DNA of 64,000 nucleotides from an uncultured Chloroflexia bacterium. GTDB taxonomy: Bacteria; Chloroflexota; Limnocylindria; Limnocylindrales; CSP1-4. Under the pieces are notes generated by a model that was not told the origin of the DNA, ran no database searches, and saw nothing but the letters and a program-made list of their open reading frames with translations. The position numbers and the translations under genes were made by a program. The DNA lies in assembly GCA_963765245.1 (NCBI GenBank), contig CAVXVP010000001.1, forward strand, positions 577,025 to 641,024. Direction: 5' to 3'. Each line of letters starts with the position of its first letter. Position 1 is the first letter of the stretch. Below, piece by piece: positions 8,454 through 18,101 of this stretch.

Positions 8454-11400
8454 GGATCGCGTGGAGGTTCGTCGCTTCGGGGCCTTCGGGGCCTTCGGGG
8501 CCTTCGGGCGCCTTGGCCTTCGCGGTCGCGGCTTTCTGCGGGGCGCCGGCGAGTTCCGCGCGCAACCGGTCGACTCGGTAACCAGCTGCCTCTGCTGCGT
8601 CCGCCAGCCGCATCGCAGCCCGGATGCTGGCCGCAGATGCCCGGTCGTCAGGCGCGTCGATCACGTCCAGGCGGACGGCCCACGACAGCAGGTCGCGGAG
8701 CCGGTCACGACCGAGATACTCGACGCCCTCCCAGGTGTTGAGCCCGATCGCGATGCGCGTCGTCTCATGGGCCAGCCACGCCTCGAGCAAGCGTGCCGCG
8801 ACGACGCGAGCCGAGCCACGCATCGCCGACGGCCGTGGCATTGCCAGCAGGACACGGACGTCGTCGGTGATCGCCCACGCCTCGCCTTCGCCGAAGCCCA
8901 TGTCGTGGAGGCCGGCCACGAGTGCGCCCGGCACGCGAAGCTCGTCGTACCAGGCCAGGCTCGTGGCCGCCACATCGGCGCCGGGTGCCAGACCGCCGGC
9001 TGGGCTCAGGGTGAGCCACGCGAGCAGCGTCGCGCGATCGCGTCGCCCGAGCCCGTGGCGCCGTTTGGGAGCGCCTTCGTCGTCGGGCTCGGCCTCCGCG
9101 TCAGGTTCCCTCAAGAGCGCAGCTGCGGCCGCGAAACCGGCGTCCTCGGCGGAGACCGCCATCCCGACGAAGGCCCGCTCCGCCCTCGCCCGGATCCGCT
9201 TCGCGATCGCCGCAGCGTCGCCATCGACCCCGGTCGCCTCGGCGACCGCCGAGAGGAAGGCGACGACCCGTCGCTCGAGCTCGTCCAGCTGAGCGCGTCG
9301 TCGCGACCCCATCGAGGACCGCGACCGTCAGCCCGTCGGCGAAGATCGCCCGGAACGGCCCGTGGATCGGCTCCAGCTGAAGTTCGCGCAGCGCGTCGTC
9401 GAGCGACTGGACACCCGCACCCGCAAGCCGGGCGGCGAGTCGTGCCCACTGCCCGGAGACGCCGTCCCAGATGTCCCGGAACTCCCAGAAGACGTTCGTC
9501 GCGTAGGCGTCGAGCGAAACGGCGAGGCCGTGCTCCCAGAGATCCTTCGACGAGCGGAGGTATTCGAGACCGGTCCGTGCGTCACGGAAGGCCGTGAAGG
9601 CAGCGGGATCGTTCGGCAAGCCGAGACCCTGCGCCAGTGAGCGCCGGACCACCCGCTTCGACCCATCGCCGCCCTTGACCGCGTACTTGGCGGACATCCG
9701 GATCGTGCCGCTCGTCGAGCCGAACCGCGTGTGGTAGATGACCAGCGAACGCTGGCGGCCCGAGCCATTCGAGTAGGCAAGCACAGCCTCGTCGACGACC
9801 CCGGACGGCGTGACCAGGTCGTACAGCAGGAAGTCGGAGGCTTCCGCGAACCAGGCACGCCGGTGGAGCAACGGGAAGATCTCGCGCTCGTGACGCTCGA
9901 CGAGCCACGGATCCGGCTTCTCGTCGAGCATCGCCCGGCGGAACTCCATCCCGTATTGCTCCCCGAAGCCCTGGACCTGCCCGTGACCCAGCATCGGCAG
10001 CCCGGGGAGCGTCGCGAGGACGGTGGCGACGCCGAAATACTTGTCGCCCTTGCCGAACTGCTGGAGCGCCGGCTTCTCGTCCGGGTTGCTCATGAAGTTG
10101 ACGTAGCGCTTGAGGATCTCCGGGTCGAACTCGATGGTCTCCTTGATGACCTTTCGGTAGCCCGCCCCGTCCTCGTCTCGGAGCATGTGCATGAACGCGC
10201 TGTTGTAGACGCGGTGCATGCCGAGCGTCCGGACGAAATACCCCTCGAGCAGCCAGAACGCCTCGGCCAGCAGCAGTGTGCCGGGCACCTCCTGGGCGAC
10301 ACGATCGACGACCTCGCGCCAGAACTCGTGCGGCATCAGGCGGTCGAACTCCGCCTTCGGGATCGCGTGTTCGGCGCGTGACGGGATCGCGCCGGCCGAG
10401 CCCGGCTCCGGCCACCACAGGCGCTGGATGTGCTTCTTGGCAAGGACCATCGCCGCATCGAAACGGATGATCGGGAACTGGCGGGCGACGGCCAGGATCG
10501 TCTGGATGACCTGCTCGCGGACGGCCGGGTCGAGGAAGTCGAGCTGGGCCGTGTCGTTCCACGGGAAGCTCGTGCCGTCGTTGCCGTGGTACAGGTAGCG
10601 CTCGTCGCCGGTCTCGCGGTCGAAGCGCTTGAACACGACCGCGGCGTCGGTGTCGTCCCAGTAGTGATCCTCGAGGACGATCCCGACGCGCGGGTCGTCC
10701 GACAGATCCGGGCCGTTGTATCCATAGACCGGGTAGGGAGGTTCGGGCAGCGACAGGAACCACTCCGGGTGATCGATGACCCAGCGTGAATCGATGCCCA
10801 TGTGATTGGGGACCATGTCACTGGACAGGCGGATGCCGCGCGTCCACGCCCGGTCGCGCAGGTTCTGGTACGCCTCGTCGCCACCGAGGTCGCCCGCGAT
10901 CCGATAGTCGTCAAGCGAGTAGGCCGAGGCGACGGCGTCGGCCTGGCCACGCAACCGCTTGATCTTCTCGGAGGCCTTCGAGCGCTCCCACAGCCCGATC
11001 AGCCACAGGCCGGTCACGCCCCAGCGCGACAGGGTGTCGAGCTCCTCGTCCGGGATCCCGTCAAGCGTCCGGATGTCGCGGCCGTAGACCCGCGACAGCT
11101 GGTCCAGCCAGACGTACGTGCTCTTCGCCATCAGCACGACCCGCGGCATCCACGCGGAGTCGGACGAGAACGCTTCGGGTTCCTCCGCCGCGCCACCGAA
11201 TGAAGGCGTCTCGACCGGCCGCCCGTCTGGCCCGCCACCACCGCCTCCGCCGCCTCCGGCTCCGCCACCGAACCGCAGGTGGAGCGCGCGTTCCTCCTCG
11301 GCGAGGATGCCCACCGCGATATCGAGGCGGTGGATCAGGTCGTCGAGCGCGGTGCCCAGGATGTCGCCCCAGTTGGCGCGGATGAAGCGGAGCTGGCCGG

Positions 11401-12007
11401 CGAGTGACGTCGGTGCGCGGCGTGCCGGCATCCGCATCAGTTCGAGCAGCGAGGTCCCCTCGCCGTCGATCGGCGGGCCGTCGGAGAAGGTCGTCTCGAG
11501 GCGGGCGATCGCATCGCGATAGCGCGTGCCCTCCACGAGCGCCTTGTCGTCGATCAGCTCGCGGATCGGGCCGACGGCGGGGTTCTCGTTGGAGACCCGG
11601 GTCAGCAGCAGCTCCTCGAGGCGGTGGGCCGGCGTCTCGGGTTCCGTGCCCTGGCCGGGGAACTCCTCGCCGAACCGGTCCAGCAGGCGACCCGCGTCCG
11701 GACCGAGCCGATCCTCGAGGTCGTCCAGGGCGGCCCGGATCGCGCCGGGCCGTCGTTCCGCCTCGTAGCGGGCGATCAGGAGGTGGCCGATCTCGTGGAG
11801 CAGGCCGAGCGCCCCGATGTCCCCGGCCTGGATCGACGGCGACCCCGGCTCGCGCAGGATGTTCATCCGCGCGGCCAGACGGCGGATCCCGGCCGTATCG
11901 GCGATGACCAGGTCGCCGCGCGTCGAGATCAGCGGCACCTCGACGGCGTACCGGTCGCGCGGCTCGCGCCGGATGTGGAACGCCCGAAGGTCGCGGGGCT
12001 GGCGCAT
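8098..12007 (-). CDS. Very large alpha-amylase-family (GH13-like) protein with a long N-terminal region, poly-Gly linker and C-terminal extension; frameshift near 9315; true 3' end uncertain
   Basis: ORF 9101..12154 (likely start ATG 12007, MRQPRDLRAFHI...) has GH13-like blocks (DMVPNHMGIDS, IIRFDAAMVLAKKH, LLLAEAFW, FMSNPDE). The protein continues in ORF 8098..9312 (RRRAQLDELERRVVAFLSAVAEATG...). Below about 8460 the translation looks like junk and overlaps the convergent DUF885 gene, so the real stop is probably near 8375-8520. Confidence 0.75.
8475..8510. repeat. 9-bp tandem repeat (cttcggggc x3 plus one degenerate copy) encoding (PEG)n on the minus strand
   Basis: Direct reading of 8475-8510 gives cttcggggc cttcggggc cttcggggc cttcgggcg. 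In the minus-strand frame of the amylase-family gene this translates as APEGPEGPEGPE. Confidence 0.9.
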
Positions 12008-12057
12008 CGCCGAAGCATGGCACGCTCGTCGTGCCGCCACCGGTCGACGACCGGCCT

Positions 12058-13077
12058 TTAGCCGGCGAGGACCTCGCGCGGGCGGGCGGCGGTCACATGC
12101 TCGATGGCGCGGCGCAACATCTCCAGCCCGGATGGGTCGAAGTCGTAGGTCCAAGGTCGGATCCGGTCCGGCCTGGAGAGCGTCCTGTCCAGGCCCGCCG
12201 TCAGCGCCTCACGCGACATCAGGATCACGTCGGCGGTCCGGTCGACCAGCTGGAGGGCATCGCTGTCGCCGATCAGCGCCGGGACGATCTCGACGCCGCG
12301 CGACCCGGATAGCGCGAGCGTGACGCGGATGTTGTCGGCGCCCCGATCGGACCCGCAGATGAGGCCGACCTTCGTGCCATCGGGCAGACCCGCGATCTCG
12401 TGGACGAGCTCGACGTAGCCGGGCCCGACCAGCATCGCCACGACGGGGACGCGACCGGCGGCCAGGACCTGGGCCTCGTCGGCATGGAACGTCGTCGTGG
12501 CAACGATGTCGTAGTGGAAGCGCTCGAGGCGTTCGGGCAGGTCGTCGAGCAGCGTCCCCTCGGCCTCGATCAGCCCTGGGAACTCGTCGACGAGCCGTTC
12601 GGCATCGAAGCCGGCGTCGGCGTTGGTGCATTCGGCGTAGAGCACCCGGACGAGCGGTCCCGGTCGCTTGCGTTCGGTGGCCGCCGCGAAGGTGGCCGCG
12701 GCCAGCTCGTCCGCGGTGAAACCGGCATGGGCCGCGCGACGAAGCATCTCCGAGACGATCCCGGCGAGTGCCTCGGTGCCACGCTTCTGTGGCGGGCGTT
12801 CGGCGACGTGGGTTCCCGCACCGTGGCGACTCACGACGTACCCGGCGTCGGCCAAACGACGATAGACCGCCCTGATGGTATTGGGGTTCACTCTCAGTGC
12901 CGCACCAAGCTCGCGCACGGGCGGCAGGCGAGAGCCGGGCAACAACCGACCGGAATCGATCTGGTACGCCAGTTGCCAGTAGATCTGGGTCGAGATCGGA
13001 ACATCGGAGTCGCGCTCGACATCGAGCGCACCACCGGTCCGACTCACCACCCCGGATCCGCGATCGTCGAACGACAT
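12058..13077 (-). CDS. GntR-family transcriptional regulator with a roughly 250-aa C-terminal domain
   Basis: This is the inner part of ORF 12058..13410 from ATG 13077. The winged-HTH segment is ISTQIYWQLAYQIDSGRLLPGSRLPPVRELGAALRVNPNTIRAVYRRLADAGYVVSRHGAGTHV. The upstream 111 codons are antisense to a small plus-strand ORF and to structured DNA. Confidence 0.85.
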   Translation of the reverse strand: MSFDDRGSGVVSRTGGALDVERDSDVPISTQIYWQLAYQIDSGRLLPGSRLPPVRELGAALRVNPNTIRAVYRRLADAGYVVSRHGAGTHVAERPPQKRGTEALAGIVSEMLRRAAHAGFTADELAAATFAAATERKRPGPLVRVLYAECTNADAGFDAERLVDEFPGLIEAEGTLLDDLPERLERFHYDIVATTTFHADEAQVLAAGRVPVVAMLVGPGYVELVHEIAGLPDGTKVGLICGSDRGADNIRVTLALSGSRGVEIVPALIGDSDALQLVDRTADVILMSREALTAGLDRTLSRPDRIRPWTYDFDPSGLEMLRRAIEHVTAARPREVLAG

Positions 13078-13143
13078 CGGTCTAGTCCAGATGCAGCGTG
13101 CAACGTGGCCGGGCCAACCATAACAAGCAAGGTAGGTTTTCGA

Positions 13144-13272
13144 ATGCTCGCGTTGTTGCTCATGCTCATCGTCTTCGGCGCTTTCGCCGCGCTGTCCGCC
13201 CGCTTCGGCGTCGACAGCCGCGTCGATTCGACCGATCCGCGCCGCTCCCCCTATCCGGTCGGGATCAACTGA
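13144..13272 (+). CDS. 42-aa small membrane peptide (MLALLLMLIVFGAFAALSARFGVDSRVDSTDPRRSPYPVGIN)
   Basis: ATG 13144 is preceded by AAGGTAGG and is in frame with the tail of ORF 12400..13272. The peptide has one hydrophobic helix and a charged tail. It is divergent from the GntR gene. There is no homology evidence I can verify. Confidence 0.45.
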   Translation: MLALLLMLIVFGAFAALSARFGVDSRVDSTDPRRSPYPVGIN

Positions 13273-13326
13273 TTTACGGCCGAGGCCCGCCTCGGTCCGC
13301 CCGAGTAGCCGGCTAATCGGCCCTCC

Positions 13327-13489
13327 TGCTGCTCCCAGCAGCAATTTCGGGACAGTGGCGGCCATAAGGGCGTCGCCGATCTCGAGATCGCCCATACCTG
13401 CGCTCGGCACGAGCGTGGATGAGGCACGGACGGCGGTCAGCGGGCGCCTTATGCCGGGTCTTGCCCCAGATTTGCTGCTCCCAGCAGCA
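13327..13489. repeat. Two identical 17-nt hairpins (tgctgct-ccc-agcagca) 146 bp apart, flanking a 14-bp palindrome and further stems
   Basis: The copies are at 13327-13343 and 13473-13489. The perfect palindrome cgatctcgagatcg is at 13377-13390. A stem cgctcg-gca-cgagcg is at about 13401-13415. The flanks ggccataagggcg and cgccttatgcc are mutually complementary. Confidence 0.7.
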
Positions 13490-13512
13490 TCGCCGGCGAG
13501 AAGGCCGCCTCG

Positions 13513-15715
13513 TCAGCCCGCGGTGGCCGGGTCGGTCGCCCGCTCCTCCGCCGCCTGCTCCTCCGCCGCGCGGTCCCGCGACGTCGCCACGGCGTGACGC
13601 ACGGTGACCGTCTGCGAGGCGCCGGCGGCCAGTGACAGGGGCCAGCCCAGGAATAGCCCCTCACCCTGGTAGACACGCTCGAAGCCGGCCTCGGAGTTCG
13701 AGATCGTCTCGACCGGCGCACACCAGATCGCGGCGGTCGGCGAGACCTCGCTCGTGATCGCGATCCCGATGTAGTCGTTGCCCTGGGAGAGTCCCGTCTG
13801 CGCGGTCGCTGCTCGCGTGGAGTCGTGGCTTGTCCGTTCGCCATCGACCTCGAGCCAGGCCGACGGGTTGCCGCCGCCTCCGAGCATCGTCAGCGTCCAT
13901 TCGAGCCCGAGGATCGCCTCGACGGTCTCGTCCGAGCGGTTCGTGACCTCGACCGTCTCCGCGAGGGTGGGCGAGCGGCGGTCGCCGCCAAGGGTGAACG
14001 TCTTGACGACACGGACCGTCGCGCGGGCGCCGGCCGACCCGATCGACACCGCCGCGTCACGCCAGACGACGAGCCGGTCGAGCTCGAGCGTCTCGATCTC
14101 GTACGAGCCATCCACGGCATCGCCGAGCTCGACCGCCTTTGCGGCCGCCCATGTGTCCGGCGTGGTCCCGGGCGCCAGGAATCGCACGAGCCCGGAGCGG
14201 CGCTCGTACGGGTCGTAGTGGAGCATCGCCGCGAGACCCGGTTCCTTGACCAGGAAGATCTCGTGGATCGAGGTCGGTGAGTCCGACCCGCCCGCATTCC
14301 CCGATGGCCGCTCCGGCGGCCTCGTGGTCGCGCAGCTTGCCGTGGTACGCCTCGGGTCGCCGACGCAGCACCGCGCAGGCGTTGTGACGCACCGCGCGAA
14401 GGTCCCAGCCACCGATCGCGCCGCCCTCGTCCAGGTCGACCGAGACGACCTGGCCGGGGCCAGCCAGGCGGACCTCATCGTGCCCATCGAGATCGAGATC
14501 GCGCAGCTCGGCCACGTGCAGTCCTCCGGCTGCGGTCTCGGCCAGGTCCGCGGCGGCGATCAGGTGCTCGTAGGTGGCCAGGCGCATGTGGCTGATGTAG
14601 ATCCCCCCGAAGAGGCCGTGCCAGTAGGTGTCGTTCGACTGGCCCTGGTAGAGGTGATCGAGCGCCCGCGCGCGATCCTCTCCCTCGGTCATCGCATCGA
14701 CCGCGTCCGATGTCCGCAGCATCTGCTTGTGCATCTCGTTGATCTCGCGGTAGCGGATCTGGAAGTTGCGCCAGAACGCACCGCGCAGCCAGCGAGCCTC
14801 GGGACGCCCCTCTGCCTGCGCGCGATGGAGCGCGTGGGAGAAGCCGACGCTCTCCTCGGGCGGCAGCGCCCACTCGCCCATCTCCGCGTACGAGCCGGTC
14901 GGCACGTAGACGCGGCCGATCGGGGCATGGTCCGCGAGCCAGGCCGACGGCGTCGTGGTCGTCAGCCAGTCGGCGTTCGCCTCGAGCGCCTCGAAGAAGC
15001 GGTCGACCCAGCGGCGCTCACCCCAGCAGTGCTCCCAGGTCGTCGGCCACGCCCCGAACTTCTCGCCGTCGTCGCCCATCATCCCGACCCGTTCCCCGTC
15101 CTCGGTTGCGTGGAGACGGAGATAGTCGATGACCTCCTCGACGTTCCGGAACGGGATCCGGTAGCGCAGGCCCTGCTCCGTCCCGAAGACACGGAGGAGC
15201 TGTCCCTGGTCCTCGGTCGTGTACGGCCCCCACAGGTCCTCCTCGGGGATCGCCGCGGCGCGGAAGTGGGCGTCGTCGAGGATCGTCCAGTCGTAGCCGG
15301 CCGCGACGAGCGACGTCGGAAGGTCCGGCTCCCAGACCCGTTCGGCCAGCCAGGCACCGGCCGGCCGGCGGCCGAAGAGCGACTCCAGCTCCTCGGCCAT
15401 CCTGCGCGCCTGGCCGATCCGGTCTCGCTCCGGGAGCGAGGCAAGGACCGGCTCGTAGTAGCCGCCGCCGATGATCTCGACCTGGTCGCGCGCGACGAGC
15501 GCAGACAAGCGATCGATGAATGCGGGTCGTTCGACGCGCAGCCAGTCGAGCAGCGGGCCGGAGTAGTGGAGCGAGAGCCGGACATGCGGGTGTCGCTCGA
15601 GGGCAGCCACCATCGGCTCGTACGCAAGGTCGTAGACCTCGGCCATGACCCAGCCGAAGTTCCCGACCGGCTGGTGGTTATGGATCGCCAGTGCGAGGGA
15701 GATCCGCGGTGCCAT
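13513..15715 (-). CDS. GH57-family alpha-amylase/4-alpha-glucanotransferase-domain protein with DUF1926-like C-terminal domain; frameshift near 14310
   Basis: ORF 14057..15715 reads MAPRISLALAIHNHQPVGNF...LHYSGPLLDWL...GGGYYEPVL...WPTTWEHCW. The C-terminal part is in ORF 13513..14487 (SIHEIFLVKEPGLAAMLHYDPYERRSGLVRF...). Confidence 0.88.
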
Positions 15716-15727
15716 GTGCTGGCGGGA

Positions 15728-17990
15728 TCAGCCCGCGTCGGTCCCGACCGGCGCCGCCGTTTCATCAAGGGACGGCTCGTCGGCCGACGCCGCCGCTTCG
15801 GCAGCATCGGCTAGCGTTTCATCGCTCCCTGCGGCCTCGGGCGCCACGCCATCGGCACGTAGATCGGGCGCCGGCAGGTAGAGCGATTCCGTGTACTCGC
15901 GCAGCATCCGCGTCGACGAGAAGCGCCACAGCGCGCTGGCCATGGCCCGGCGCATGACCTTGAGCCAGCCCTTCGGCAGGCCGTCCGCATCACGCTGGTA
16001 GTAGGTCGGGACGATCTCCTCCTCGAGGATGCGGTAGAGGTCCTGCGCGTCGCGCCAGTCCTGGGCGGCCTCATCGGGGTCGATCTCCCGAGTGCCGATC
16101 GCCCAGCCGTTGTCGCCTTCGTAGCCCTCGTCCCACCAGCCGTCGAGGACGCTGACGTTCGGGACGCCGTTCTGTGCCGCCTTCATGCCAGAGGTGCCCA
16201 GACGCCTCAAGCGGCCGGCGCGGGTTGTTCAGCCAGACGTCGACGCCCTGCACGAGGAAGCGCGCGACGCGCATGTTGTAGTCCTCGAGGATGAAGACCC
16301 GGCCGCGCAGCTGTGGCGAGCGCGAGCGCTGGAAGATCTCCTGGATGACGCGCTGGCCGGGGCGGTCGGCCGGGTGGGCCTTGCCCGCGAAGACGATCTG
16401 GACCGGGCGATCGGCATCGGACAGCATCGCGGCCAGCCGGTCGATGTCGCTGAACAGGAGACCGGCCCGCTTGTAGGTCGCGAACCGCCGCGCGAACCCG
16501 ATCGTCAGCACGTCAGGGTCGAGGGCCTGCTCGAGCTCGGCCAGGACCGACGGCGCCTCGCCATGCCGCGCGAACTGGCTGCGCAGCCGGCCGATGGCGA
16601 AGTGCTGGAGCTCGCGCTTCTGGCGGACGTGGGCGTCCCACAGGACGCGGCCCGGGACCTTGTCGACGTGGTCCCAGAACCGACCGCCCTCGCTCGATTC
16701 GTCGAGATCGTCGAGGTCCGCGCCGAGGTCTTCGAGCAGCTCGGCGATCGGCTCCCCGATCCAGGTCGGGCCGTGGATCCCGTTGGTGATGCCGAGGATC
16801 TCGTGGTCGACGATTCCCTGCCACGTCGCGTTGGCGGTTACGGCGTGGAGCTTGCTGACCGCATTGGCGCCGCGGGTCAGGCGCAACGAGAAGGCGGTCA
16901 TGTCGAACTCGTTCGCGTCGCCGTCGACGCCCAGACCGAGCTCGAGCACGCGCTCGACGGGGACGCCGCCGGTATCGAGCAGGGGACCCGCGACGCGCCG
17001 GACGAGGTCCGCCTCGAACCGCTCGTTGCCGGCCGAGACCGGCGTGTGGATCGTGAACACACTGTCGCGCCGGACAGCGGCCCAGGCGTCGTCGATCGAC
17101 ATCTTGCCGGCGACGTACTCGCGGGCTCGCTCGGCGAGCAGGAACGCGGAATGGCCCTCATTCAGGTGCCAGACCGCCGGCGCAAGCCCCAGCTGCCGGA
17201 TCGCCCGCACTCCGCCGATGCCAAGGACGAGCTCCTGGTGAAGGCGCATCTCGCGCCCGCGCACGTACAGGATGTTCGTGATCGGGCGGTCCGCCTCGGC
17301 GTTCTCCGGCAGATCCGTGTCGAGCAGGAGGACCGGGACGCGCCCGACCTGTGCCAGCCAGACCGCGACATGGAGGTCGCGGCCGGGCAGCTCGACCTTC
17401 ACCATCAGGGGCCGGCCCGACGAGTCCTGGACCCGCCCGAGTGGCAGTCGGCTCAGGTCGTAGTCCGGGTAGTCGTGTTCCTGGTGACCGTCGGCATCGA
17501 TCGCCTGGCGGAAGTAGCCCTTGCGATAGAGCAGCCCGACGCCGATCGCGGGCAGGGCCATGTCGCTGGCCGTCTTCATGTGGTCGCCGGCGAGGACCCC
17601 GAGCCCGCCCGAGTAGATGCCGAGCAATTCGTGGAGGCCGTATTCGGCGCAGAAGTAGGCGATCGGGCCCTCCAGCGCCTCGCCGTAGCGGCGCTGGAAC
17701 CAGTGGCCGGCGCCATTGGCCATGTAGTTGTCGAAGTCGGTCAGGACGTCGTGGTATTCGGCCAGGAAACGCGGGTCATCGAGGAGGCGCGACCAATCGG
17801 TCGGGCCGCTGACGACGGGGATCGGGTTCCGGTAGCGCGCCCACGCCGTGCGGTCGACGGCGCTGAACAGCGCGCGGGTTCGAGGGTGCCACGTCCAGTG
17901 GAGGTTGTAGGCGAGGCGTCGAAGACCTTCGAGCCTGGGCGGGAGCGGGAAGCTCGCAGCCGGCTCCGAGGGGACGCGGACGGGGTCCAT
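15728..17990 (-). CDS. glgP: Alpha-glucan (maltodextrin/glycogen) phosphorylase, GT35, actinobacterial GlgP type; 1-nt insertion in a G/C run near 16198
   Basis: ORF 16071..17990 has RLAYNLHWTWHP, FCAEYGLHE, SGGLGVLAGDHMK and NGIHGPTW. The protein continues in ORF 15728..16210 (SGTSGMKAAQNGVPNVSVLDGWWDEGY). The join reads GCGTCTGGG-CACC where GGC ACC is expected. Confidence 0.92.
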
Positions 17991-18101
17991 GAGGCGGCAT
18001 CATACCCGGTCGCACAACGCGTGAACCGGTTTAGTTGCTCAGTGCAAGACGCCGCCACGCCGACGCCGGTGCGGGCGGCGCGTACGATGCGGACCATGCC
18101 G

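Noticed and set aside
11225-11275. The GC-rich codon run for about 13 consecutive glycines, considered as a possible separate repeat or slippage locus.
   Set aside because: It is in frame inside the amylase-family gene and built from mixed GGN codons rather than a pure microsatellite. I treat it as a flexible linker and mention it only under the glucan-cluster finding.
13270-13280. A shared AT-rich 11-mer, tgatttacggc, at 13270-13280 and 45331-45341.
   Set aside because: There are only two copies, in different contexts (just after a stop codon versus mid-intergenic). Similarity does not extend into the flanks. I cannot distinguish this from chance without genome-wide counts.
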